Positions 11,641 through 23,499 of a DNA stretch of 64,000 nt are shown piece after piece. How positions within the stretch are numbered: the stretch's first letter is position 1; every line of letters starts with the position of its first letter. Below the pieces are notes generated by a model. The model saw only the letters and a program-made list of their open reading frames with translations, did no database searches and had not been told where the DNA came from. The translations under genes and the position numbers were made by a program. This DNA is from Pristiophorus japonicus (lineage: Eukaryota). The stretch is from positions 61,442,001 to 61,506,000 of the forward strand of contig NC_091999.1 in the NCBI RefSeq assembly GCF_044704955.1. The letters run 5' to 3'.

Positions 11641-13380
11641 CTTTAGTTATTTTTTATAAATGTATTTGCTTATTTACACACTGAATTAATTTAATTACTT
11701 AGTTTTTATTCAATGGTTATTTATAATGATATTAATTAATTAGTAATTATAGTTAAATTATTAATTTAATAAAGTATTGTATTGCTCCCAGGTCTTAGTG
11801 TGGACCAAGCTTCGAGAAAAAAGGTAATACTCACCAAACGTTCATCTACCTGCTGTATTTTGGAGGCCAAAGCAGCACCTCCTTCAACCACTGTTCCCAT
11901 TCAAACTCTCACCAAATTCCGTTTAATATCACTGTGCAGAACACACTGTGAGTCAGCAGTTAGTGTTTAGTTTTATACCTTTGGAGCCACACACAAGTTA
12001 CAAGTGCTGTCTCAGCTCCATGCCCATTGCTCGCAGTAATTAGCACATATTTAAGACTAACACTTACAGCTGACTGATAGTTAACTACCACCAACAGGCA
12101 GTTTCTGCTAACTTCTGTTTTTAAAGTTCTAAGTTCAATTCAAAACGTTAAACTAAATTTCCCTTCTTACAGCTAATACTCAGCCAGACTCACCACGGAC
12201 TTACCACTGAATCTCACCTTTCTCTACGTTCCCAAGTTTACCACTCTCTTTGTGCACTCTGTTTAAGATCAGGATGTGATGATCGAGTAAGCTCTGGCAT
12301 GCTCTGCTGGGCCGAAAGGGTCGGGGTGGGGAAGATCGCTCTGTAAATTTGCAGTCCACAGGCTGACGGGCTGCTAACTCCCAGCACCCCCAGGGAAACC
12401 TCAGGGGAACGCCTCAGACCAGTTTGCAGCCGCGAGCACTGAATGGCCTATTTCTGTGCTGCAGACATTAAGTAACTCGATGTAAAGTGATGGGTGAAGG
12501 AGAAGGGATGTCTGAAATGCGCTTCTGGGTCAACCACAGACCAGGGCGTGGTCAGAAGGGCAGGTCTGTGATGTCACAATGCTCAGGCACAGTGTCATGC
12601 GAGTTTCCCCGCTTTATTACATCACACATACTGCAATACCTACCAACAAAACTCGTTACCACCCTCCCTGAACACTGCATATTATGGGCTATGTTGAGCT
12701 CGGAGATTTTACAGAGAGTGAGGAGGAGCTGAGTTTCATGTGTGTCGAGTGTGTACGGGGAACACTTCATCCTGCAGATCACCGCATTGTTCAGGCAAAC
12801 TTACAAAGGAACGTTATAGTGGTGAATGTCACTGGAATATACTCCGTCTGTAGGAGACCCTTTAATCCCAAAGGTAGATTATCTGAATCAAGGATACGCC
12901 GCTATCACCAGGCGTTGGGGCTGCTCAGGTTAAACCCCACTGAGAGAAAAACACATGGAGCCTGCAAAAGGATGAAAGCACTGACCTTTGAGCCTTTGAA
13001 ACCTTCCCTCTCTGGCTGTTGTTTGGACCCAGGCCATTTCCCCCCAGCTTTTCCTGGGAGTGCTGGGGACTGAGCGGCCCGCCCGTGGACTGAAAAGTAA
13101 CAGAGCCACCTTCCCCGTGCCGCTCCCTTTGGGTAAACACATCCGACACGAGCCTGGCGGTCGGGAGCTTTATAAATCCGTCCCAGGCCGCAGCAGACGT
13201 CTTAGCGGGGATAAAACCTGCAGGAGTCCAGCGGGACTGATCTCCGTGGACTTCCCCACCTCTATCAGTTTTGTTAGTCGCTGAATCCGCGCGGTGAAAG
13301 ATGAAAACAGGCCTCACTGTGTGTGTATCACAGAGATGAGCGGATTGGGCAGAATACACGCCCAAAACATTGTGTGATTC

Positions 13381-14282
13381 TTAATATTTAATACATTTAA
13401 CAATTACAGTAAAGGGATATTTCACCACATTCTTCAACTCCTCTCTGAATTTCGTCTGTGTCACGGCATAAATACATGTGTTGGTGCAGCAACTCAGGAG
13501 CTGAAGCATTGATCCCATTTCCTGTACATATTGAGGTAGATATACAGGAATAAAGTTTAACAAATACAATCGTGTAACCACAGAATATAACAGAAACACT
13601 GCCCATAACAGGATAAAATTGACGGATATAACAAACAGTAAAATGATGGATTTCCTTCGCTTCTCCATCTCTGGGTCACTGGGAATCTCCCCACTGCTGT
13701 GGGCCCGGAGTCTCCTGCGGGCTCTGCTCGACACTAAAACCTGTCTGACAGTTAAAGTATTGAGCAGAAGGATCAGAACAAATGGAATAAACGGTGTTAT
13801 AATATAATGAAGGAATTCAATTACTGCCCATGATAGTGACTCAGAGACTTCCCATCTAACAAAACAAAACCAGGGATTATTGTAAATCTGATGCATACCT
13901 CCATACATAAAGTACCAGAAAGTGTTCCTTACACAGAACAGCGCGGTCACTGTTCCCATAGCCACAGTCGCCGTTTTCTCGGTGCAATATTTGGTTTTGA
14001 GCTTCTGACAACAAATGGCTATACATCGATCAAAGGTAAAAGCAACTGTGAACGAGACGGAACAGTCTGTGACTGCGTAAAGCAGGATGGCATGGATATT
14101 ACAAACATTAATCTTCCACATGAACTCAAACACGGTTGAATAAAGAATAGGAATCTGCCTGGATATCAGGTCGAGGATAACGACCAGTAGATCTGCCGCT
14201 GCCATTGCCACCAGGTAACGGCTGACACACTTGGAGAGACCGCACCTTCCTCGAGACAGGATCATTATCGTCACTAAGTTCA
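13381..14282 (-). CDS. GPR139/GPR142-like class A orphan GPCR, exon 2
   Basis: Open 300-codon frame with TM1(part)-TM7: AAADLLV, FTFDRCIAIC (DRY-like), PFIPFVLILLLN, SCCTNTCIY (NPxxY-like), TKFREEL helix 8; acceptor ttttctctttcttgcag. Confidence 0.92.
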
Positions 14283-14387
14283 CTGCAAGAAAGAGAAAAA
14301 CAGGGAATTTATATTTCAGATTGAGAGCAACATCAGCTGTCTCAAAGAATTATGTATGAAATGTGTCAGGATTAAATGAACCATCCA

Positions 14388-15010
14388 ATGGGACGTGTGG
14401 TGTTTGGGTCAGGACTGATTACACCAGCGGATGGGACGTGTGGTGTTTGGGTCAGGACTGATTACACCAGCGGATGGGTCGTGTGGTGTTTGGGTCAGGA
14501 CTGATTACACCAGCAGATGGGTCGTGTGGTGTTTGGGTCAGGACTGATTACACCAGCGGATGGGTCGTGTGGTGTTTGGGTCAGGACTGATTACACCAGC
14601 GGATGGGTCGTGTGGTGTTTGGGTCAGGACTGATTACACCAGCGGATGGGTCGTGTGGTGTTTGGGTCAGGACTGATTACACCAGCGGATGGGTCGTGTG
14701 GTGTTTGGGTCAGGACTGATTACACCAGCCAATGGGACGTGTGGTGTTTGGGACAGGACTGATTACACCAGCGGATGGGACGTGTGGTGTTTGGGTCAGG
14801 ACTGATTACACCAGCGGATGGGACGTGTGGTGTTTGGGTCAGGACTGATTACACCAGCGGATGGGACGTGTGGTGTTTGGGTCAGGACTGATTACACCAG
14901 CGGATGGGACGTGTGGTGTTTGGGTCAGGACTGATTACACCAGCGGATGGGTCGTGTGGTGTTTGGGTCAGGACTGATTACACCAGCGGTTGGGTCGTGT
15001 GGTGTTTGGC
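14388..15010. repeat. 43-bp minisatellite, ~14 near-identical units, in the GPCR intron
   Basis: Unit gatgggtcgtgtggtgtttgggtcaggactgattacaccagcg. Confidence 0.97.
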
Positions 15011-15329
15011 ACAGGTATTGAAATAACCAATATACGGGACGTGTGGGTGTCGGGGCAAGGACTGAATGTACCAATGGATGGAACGTGTGGGTGTTGGCTC
15101 TGGACTGAATGTACGAGTGGATGGGATGTTTGGGTGTTGTGACAGGGAGTGAGTGAAGCGGTGGATGTGATGTGTGGTTGCTGTGTCATGACTGAAAGAA
15201 TTAATGTGTTGGACTTTTGCCGGGATGTTAAAGCGCTGAATGAGACTAATATATAACGCCATATCCAAGTCAGAGTGAGCAATAATTCAGCACAAGAAGC
15301 CGCGAGTTTGTGTGTAACCTGTGTCCATT

Positions 15330-15550
15330 GAGGGGAATAGAGACATTGTCCAGTGATGGGAATGTAGTCTGGGGACAGCGAGGGGAATGGAATCTGTGTC
15401 CATGGAGGAGAATGGAGTTGTGGGCCAAGGGAGGAATGGAGTCTGTGGCCAAGAAAAGGAATGGAGTCTGTACAGGGAGGGGAATGGAGTCTGTGGCCAA
15501 GGTGGGGAATGAAATTTGTTGCCAGAGAGGGGAATGGAGTCTTTGGCGAG
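15330..15550. repeat. ~24-bp degenerate tandem repeat
   Basis: Recurring ggaatggagtctgtggccaag. Confidence 0.75.
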
Positions 15551-16370
15551 ATTATGGCGGTTGTGTCGAAGGCTGAAGAAGATGACTTGAATTCCATTAT
15601 GGATCGAAATCAGAACCTTTCCAACCATTGTATTGAAAGTACACTTTGTAACTGGCTTAAGCTGACTTTCCAAGAATATTGCAAATAATCTTTAAAGAAG
15701 GGACTGTCGCTTTACAATAGACTAATGATGACCCATGTTGTATGATGTCACAGGGGATTTTCGAACGTGTCTGTTTAGAGCTGGAACTGTGTCAACCTGC
15801 TGCCTTTCACCTGGTGTGAGAAAGTTACAGACTTCCAGTTGACAGAGAGAGTATGAGACTGGAAATATCAAAATATTTCACAATATAGTGCTCCATTTTG
15901 AATAGTTGCTACCGTGCGGCCCACACCGAGATCTCCTGAACTGTGGCTGAACAAGGGAAATAAATCAATTCAAGCACAACTGAACAAACATTTTACTGGA
16001 AGACGTATTGCAGTTTTAACCCGGTCCTGACCATCTGGAATTAGTGATTGTGAGGCAGAGCAGGAGGCAGTGGAAATTCCGACAACTGTCTATAGTTGAA
16101 TCATTAGTGAATAATGTCTCATATCTCAGTGTATTTGTGAAGGATCTCTCAACGCTGATTTCCACAGAGCAGTGTCATTAACAATAGCCAGCGGTCCATA
16201 AAACACTTGTTACCTCTGAACACATATTTATTATCCAACACTGGGCATCAGTGCAGAAAGCTGACTGCAAGCTGTTCAATAATCTAATCGTTCACTAACA
16301 TATCTTGTGTCAATAAAATCAAATTTCTGTCAAATCCTGTAAACCACTATCACTGGAAACAAGTTGCGGA

Positions 16371-16701
16371 AACAACACACTATTTATTGAACTGGGAGCA
16401 GTGAGTCAGCAAATCAGCAAACATTACATGACAGAAACTTCCGTGCATTGCCTGACACAGAAAACAGGTTTAAATTGTGAAAACAACATACTGTTCATTG
16501 AACTGGGAGCAGCGAATCAGCAAATGATCAAACATTACATGATAGAAACTTCCGTGCATTGCCTGACACAGAAAAAAGGTTTAAATTGTGAAAACAACAT
16601 ACTGTTCATTGAACTGGGAGCAGCAAATTAACAAATGATCAAACATTACATGACAGAAACTTCTTTGCATTGCCAGACACAGAACAAGAGGTTTAAATTG
16701 A
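16371..16701. repeat. 111-bp tandem repeat, ~3 units
   Basis: gaactgggagca at 16389, 16500 and 16611. Confidence 0.92.
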
Positions 16702-16788
16702 ATACAATTAATAACTAGAACTAAAGGACAAGGACAGAAAATACAGAGAAACATGGGTTACATAATTAATTGCAGATGAAGGACTCAC

Positions 16789-16885
16789 CAGGAACACCAA
16801 CAGCAGCGAGGAGCGGGTAATAAATACGTTCCACATTTAAAAGTGCCCACAGGATCCTAAGCTCAGTTGGAATCTCCCAGAACAT
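16789..16885 (-). CDS. GPCR exon 1 (MFWEIPTELRILWALLNVERIYYPLLAAVGVP)
   Basis: ATG at 16885; 97 nt ending in a phase-1 G|GTGAGT donor that joins exon 2 in frame (YYPLLAAVGVP-VNLVTIMIL), giving ~332 aa; too short for the ORF track. Confidence 0.88.
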
Positions 16886-17339
16886 GATTTGACTTTCTGT
16901 GACCTCCAATGAGAACTGTTCGTTTTAGACAACAACTTCAGTCAAACATTGCTATACAGGCTGAAAAAAAATCCCAATTTATAGCCTGAGTGAACTCTCC
17001 AGTGAGACAATTAAACTGCACACTGAAGGATATTAATCACAGTCACTGAATAAACAAGTTGTCCGAACCTTTTCTTTGCATCACTTTCAATTGGAAAATA
17101 TCTTAAAAGCAACGTGGCTTTCAGATCAAATAACTTTATCCAAAACCAAGCACTATTGGTAAAAGCAGAAATAGTTAAGTCCACAGAATCACAGCATGCA
17201 TGTGAAGGGAGCAGCTTCATTTAGGGAGTTTCTATTATTACTGCGATGTAAAATAACTCTGTAATTTCAGATTTTCAATTCACTTCTCGGCGTAACACAA
17301 GTGAAATAAAACAAATGGAAGGATAGATTTCTAAGTAAA

Positions 17340-18545
17340 GGTCAGTAACATACATGGGGACTGACAGTACAGTGCTAAGTAAGGATACATTGGCACTGAT
17401 AATACAATGGTCAGTAAAGATATATGACGACTGATCACACAATGGTCAGTAAAGATACATGAGGACTGATAATACAATGGTCAGTAAGGATTCTTGGGGA
17501 CTGATAATACAGTGGTCAGTAAGGGTACATGAGGACTGATAATACAATGGTCAGTAAGGATACATGGGGACTGATAATACAGTGGTCAGTAAGTGTACAT
17601 GAGGACTGATAATACAATGGTCAGTAAGGGTACATGGGGACTGATAATACAGTGGTCAGTAAGGGTACATGAGGACTGATAATACAATGGTCAGTAAGGG
17701 TACATGGTGACTGTTAATATAATGGCGAGTAAGGATACATGGGACTGATAATACAGTGGTCACTAAGTGTACATGCGGATAGATAATACAGTCGTCAATT
17801 AGGATACATGGGGACAGATAATACAATGGTCAGTAAGGGTACATGGGGACTGATAATACAGTAGTCAGTAAGGGGACATGGGGACTGATAATACAATGGT
17901 CAGTAAGGGTACATGGGGACTGATAATACAGTGGTCAGTAAGGGTACATGGGGACTGATAATACAGTAGTCAGTAAGGGGACATGGGGACTGATAATACA
18001 ATGGTCAGTAAGGGTACATGGGGACTGATAATACAGTGGTCAGTAAGGGTACATGGGGACTGATAATACAATGCTCAGTAAGGGTACATGGTGACTGTTA
18101 ATATAATGGCGAGTAAGGATACATGGGACTGATAATACAGTGGTCACTAAGTGTACATGCGGATGGATAATACAGTCGTCAATTAGGATACATGGGGACA
18201 GATAATACAATGGTCAGTAAGGGTACATTGGGAAGGATAATAAAATGGTGAGTAAGGGTACATGGTGACTGTTAATATAATGGTGAGTAAGGATACATGT
18301 GGACAGATAATACAGAGGTCAGTAAGGATACATGGGGACAGATAACACAGTGGTCACTAAGGGGACATGGGGCATATAATATATTGGTCAGTAAGGGTTC
18401 ATGGGGACAGATAATACAGTGGTCCGTAAGGGCATATGGGGGCAGATAACATATTGGTCAGTAAGGGTACATGGGGACAGATAATACAATGGTCAGTAAG
18501 GATACATGTGTGCTGTTAATACAATGGTCAGTAAGGATTCATGGC
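17340..18545. repeat. 35-bp minisatellite, ~34 units
   Basis: Unit ggtcagtaagggtacatggggactgataatacaat; a block of variant units at ~17701-17830 recurs at ~18083-18215. Confidence 0.95.
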
Positions 18546-18599
18546 GACCTATGCCATGCAGATAGTCACACGCCATGCTATCGTTTATTTTACTCAGAG

Positions 18600-20691
18600 C
18601 ATGGAATGGAGAGACTGGAGGTGAGGAAAGGCGATGAAAGGAGCAGAGAGGTGAGGAGGGGAGAAGAGAGAGGACAGGAGGCGGGAAGGGAGTAGGCGAG
18701 AGGAGATGAGTGTGGAGGTGAGGAGAGGAGGGGAATAGGAGAGCAGAGGTGAGGGGAGGAGATGAGTGGAGTGGAGAAGACAGCAGAGCAGAGTAGAGGA
18801 TAGGAGGTGAGAGGAGAGGTTGGAGGAGGAAAGAGAGAAGATGAGCAGGAAGGGGAGGAGGGTTTAGTGGAGGAGAGGATAGAGGAGAGGGGAAGTAGAG
18901 AGGAGAGCAGAGCAGAGATGAGTAGAGGAATGGAGAGGAGAGTTGATAAGAGGTAAGGAGAGGACAAGAGAGGAGAAAAGAGGGCAGAGGAGAAGATAGG
19001 AGAGGGGAAGAGAGGAGAGGAGGGGAATGGAGATGAGAGTGTAGGGGAGATGGTAGGAGAGGAGAGTGGAATAGAGTTGGGGAGAAGGTAGGGGAGAGAA
19101 GAGAGATGAGAGGGGAGAGGAGGAGAGGAGCGGAACGCAGAAGGGAGGAATGGAGTGAAGTGGAGAGGGGAGAGAGGATGCGAGGGAAGGAGAGTAGAGC
19201 AGAGGAGAGGGGAAGGGCGGCGGGAGAGTAGAGGAGAGACCATCAGAGGAGAAGAGAGGAAGAGAGTGGGGAGAGCAGGGGCGAGAAGAGATGAGAATAG
19301 AGGGGAGGAGAGGGGAGAAGAGAGGGGAAGTGGGGAGGAGAATGGAGGGGAGAAGAGCTGTGGAGAGTCGAGCAACGGAGAGGAGAGTAGGGGAGATGAG
19401 AGGAGAGGAGAGAAACGAAGAAAAGGAGAGAGGAGGGTAGTAGATTAGAGGAGAGGAGAGAATGAGACATGGGACAAGAGAGGAGAGTAGAAAAGAGGGC
19501 AGGAGAGGAAAGAAGAGTGGGTAGTGGAGAGGCGAGTAGAGGTGAATGGAAAAGAGGGGTGGTGAAGTTAGGGGAGAGGAGAGGAGAGAGAAGACAATGA
19601 ATGAGAGGAGAAGGTGAAAAGAGGGTAGAGGAAAGGAGAGCAGATGGGAGGAGAGGGTAGGAGGGCAAGGAGAGGAGTGGAGAAGAGAGGAGTGGAGAGG
19701 GTACAGGAGAGCAGAGGGAACGAGAGGAGCGGGAAGGAGAAGAGAGGGGAGAACATCAGAGGACACAAGTTGAGGAGAGGAGTTAAAATGAAAGGGGAGA
19801 AGAGGTGAGACGGAGGGGAGAGGGGAGAGGAGAAGAGGGGAGAATTTAGGGGAGCGGAGTAGAGATGATTGGAGTGGAGAGGAGAGTAGAGATAGAAGCG
19901 ACTTGAAAACAGGGGGAGGAGAGGATAGGGGAGGAGAGGAGATGATTGGAGATGAGAGAGCAGAGGAGAGGAGATGAGAGGAGATGAGAGGAGAATGGAG
20001 GAGAGGAAAGGGGAGGAGAAGAGGGTCGGGTGAGGGGAGAATGGAATAGAGGCATGGAGAAGGTAGGCGAGAGGGGAGAAAATGAGGACATAAGAGAGTT
20101 GAGAGAACAGCTGAAAGGGGAGGAGAGTTGTGGAAAGGCGGGGAGATGGGAGAGGAGAGAGGAGAGAACGGGAAAACAGGTGAGGAGAGAAGTGGAGAGG
20201 AGAGAGGAGCAGATGGGAGAAGGGATGAGCCGAGTGGAGAGGATAGAGGAGCAGAGGGGAGAGGAGGAGAGAAGATGAAAGGAAAAGGAGGTAAGCAGAG
20301 GAGAGAGGAGATGAGAGGAGTGTGGAGGAGAGGGGAGGCGAGAGGAGGAGAGTTGTGGAGAGGGGAGTAAAAGAGGGACGAGCGGCGAGAGGAGGGTAGA
20401 GATGAGCAGGGAGGGGACGAGAGTGTAGGGGAGGAGAGGTGAGAAGAAAGCAGAGCAGGGGAGAGTAGAGGAATGGAGAGTAGATGTGATGAGAGGAGAG
20501 GAGAGGTAATTGGAGTGAAGAGGGGAGGGGATTAGAGGAGAGGACTTGGCAGGGGACAGGGGAGGGTAGGGGCGAGGATAGGAGAGGAGAATAGAGTAGA
20601 GGAGGGGAGAAGGCAGGGGAGAGGAGAGGAGACGAGCATAGGAGAGATGTGAGGAGAGAGGAGAGGAGAGGGGAGGGGTGAGGAGGGGAGG
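18600..20691. repeat. ~2.1-kb polypurine (GGAGA-like) low-complexity tract
   Basis: Almost entirely G/A on the plus strand. Confidence 0.95.
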
Positions 20692-21289
20692 TGTTGGGGT
20701 AAAAAGGAGGCTTCTCTCCTTTAAGGTGGACTAACTGATGTAGTTAAACGACATCTCGCCCAGCTTCCCACTGTATAACGACCAAGGAAGTAAACAAACG
20801 AAACCTCAGGTTTATTGGTTTTATTACGAGCAATGCACGGGAAGGTTCAATCTTGGAACCTCTGAAATAGAAGCGTTTTCAAGCATAATTTATACAGGTG
20901 TTGGAGAGGAGCTAACCTCCTGCAAAATCATCGATAGTTCTATTGCTATTAGCGAAGTTACATTGATTTGTTGACTCTTATCAGACGGGCTCTGAGTGGT
21001 ACATGCAACTGCCCATCTCTCATCTTTGTTTTGTTCCATTTTGCTCTCTACCCCAGTATATCCGATGCCTCGTATGGTTGTCCTGGTTTCTTTATCTCTT
21101 CTCAGGGACTTGTACAGAAAACTGCTGATTTTGGCTGATTAAGTCTTACTAAGGTTAACCTATAATATACTGCGTATAAGCGTGTTATACCTTTATAAGC
21201 AAGTGTTACGTACATAGGTAATTGATAAGTTCACAACCTTCAGCATAATTCTGACCCCATATCTAGAACCTTACTATTTATCCTTTACA
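20692..21289 (-). repeat. 3' LTR of ERV-B
   Basis: tgttgggg...tttaca; preceded on the minus strand by PPT AGGGGGAAT (21290-21298); homologous to 28516-29113. Confidence 0.92.
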
Positions 21290-21499
21290 ATTCCCCCTAA
21301 TGGCCCTTGGCTATATGCCCAAGATAGGTCATTTCGCAATTAATTCCACATGGGTGAGCTTCCAGGGGTGACCTTTTACTTGGGTAGTGCTACTTCCCGA
21401 GCTCCTAGATCTATCTGTTGGTTTTCCCATCAAGGTTATACTATGTATGTCCTTTCTGCCGGACAGTCTGATTTCCCTTTCTTCAATGTTTTATCCATA

Positions 21500-23450
21500 G
21501 TACGGACTAGGGCCTGCCTCTTACGTCGGTTACAGCTTTTTAAAGGATAATACTAGCAAGTTGAGTTCCATTGCACTACAACCAGTACAATGGGTCCAGC
21601 ATAGTTCGTGTATAAGTCCTTTCTAGCCAATATTTTCTCGGTGTTCGAATTATGCCCCGCCTGGGGTATACTCTCTTTCTTCTATTTTTTCTCCACTTGG
21701 GGTCTTCTCTATTCTACCGAATTCTTGCCCTGCCTGGAGTATCCTCTATGTTGTCGAATGGTGTCCAATTCAGTCCAGTTTGTTTCTCTTTCAATTCGAG
21801 TATCGGTTTTCCTTGTTGTCCGATGGCCTTCGCATAACCTCCTCAGGTAATGTCCATCATTGTCCCATCGATCATTCCTCCTTTAGCTCAGGGGTTATAA
21901 TAAACCCATTTATATCTGTCTCGTTAAGTGGAGTAAAGCAGAAGTCAATATCCATAATGGTGCATGAGGTGTTCCTTTCTTTATTTCAGTTGCCGTGATG
22001 CTCACACATGAATCTCCATAAGCTCGTGAAACAGCGATAATTTTGTAGTCCTGTGTTAATGGGGGTGATACTCAAGAAGCACCCGTCCACTTGATTATAT
22101 TCACAGTCATCTTTGATCATTCGTAGTGGATCTCGACATAAAGCAACTTGGTTATTTTTATAACAATCTACATATGCTGGGACTCTTAGTACTGTTGTTC
22201 TCCTCAGTTACATTTCTGGTTTTTCATCGTACCGCACACGAGTTTGATTCCTTTTTACTCCTGCATTGTTTGGTGTAGAGTATCTACCATTGTCACATCA
22301 TACTGTCATATAGATAATAAAAAATCTATTTAATGTGCGGTTACACAGCAGGCCTTTGAAACCCAAGCATGACTGTTTCTCTGCACCTCGCAGGCATGAG
22401 TCATGTTTTTTCTAAGGTCCAGTTGGTAAATATATCGAGTGTTATCCAATCCGGCACCTTTCTATTCTGAAGCTGTTCAATGTTATGTTGTATTCCATTC
22501 AGCAACCATACTCCATATCCTATACATAATAGTTCTGTCTGTATGGTTTTACTTAAGTTTGTTTCTGCTCTATTCATTTTTAGTTCTGGCGTGGTCTCGC
22601 AATGTGTGGGCCACTTTAATAATTCCCTTTCTGCGCCATTACCCAGTTGTGTCTGTAACTTTTCATGATCCTCATCCCTTTCCAGCAATCCCTGTAAGGT
22701 TTGTGTTTGGGCGTTAACTCGATCATCTATCGTGTCTGGCCCTATAGTGTTCCAACTCCCGCAACGTATCCCACCGTGTACCATTTCTAGCATCCCTCTT
22801 TTTCCCCTGTCCCGTTTTTTACCTGACGCTCTTTCGACAATAAGTTTCATGGCTTTTGATTGAGGGCCTTTAAGTGCTCGCAGGGTCAGGTGTCTATACA
22901 GGCTTATACTGTTTAACCCGCAGATGTTGGTGTTAGTTATATTGTTTAAATTTACGAATACAGTAATTATTCGCTGACGTACCCTGACGTGTATCTTATC
23001 CTTGGTCTGCCATAGCAATTTCTCTTTTGCCCCAGTGTTCACAGTTGGACACGTTTGTGGCACTGGGCGTGTGATGGTCGAGGTCCTGGTAATGCTCACT
23101 GTTGCTAAACTAGTGGATGGGGCCGTGTTGGTGGGTCGATCTCTGGAGATATCCCTCCACCACCATTCATATATGTTAGTGAAATCTGCACCCACTTCCC
23201 CGGGTGCAGTATGTTTGACCCTCCTGATTATAAAACACACCGCGGTCTTATTCCCACTAATTATGGTTCTATATTATTGACACAACCCCAATGTTGTTGC
23301 GTTTCCTTGTTACGTTGTTTTATGCCCGTTATTTAACTCTACTGTTGTTCCGTCCTTCACCATCAGTGTTTTTGATGTTTTATTAAACTAATGTCGCCCA
23401 AGTTCCTGTAATACAGGCCTTGCCATCCCTCAGTCTGTTGTCCCTGATGT
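21500..23450 (-). pseudogene. env: ERV-B env remnant
   Basis: ORF 22401-23240 has a Thr-rich stretch, furin site RGKR (~22797-22808), a Gly-rich putative fusion peptide and a heptad-like helix; Cys-rich disrupted continuation; boundaries approximate. Confidence 0.75.
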
Positions 23451-23499
23451 GAGGCTGCGTTACTCCACGTTATTTCCACGAGCTCTTGAGTCCTGCAAA

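Noticed and set aside
12684-13365. 129-aa and 146-aa ORFs downstream of the GPCR
   Set aside because: No recognisable motif or splice structure; probably non-coding.
14388-15010. CRISPR-like array of palindromic repeats
   Set aside because: Units are contiguous with no unique spacers, there are no cas genes and the context is a vertebrate intron.
14968-15688. 209-aa ORF and overlapping ORFs in the GPCR intron
   Set aside because: Derived from tandem repeats.
18590-20370. Long S/P/L-rich and E/R/G-rich ORFs
   Set aside because: Artefacts of the polypurine tract.
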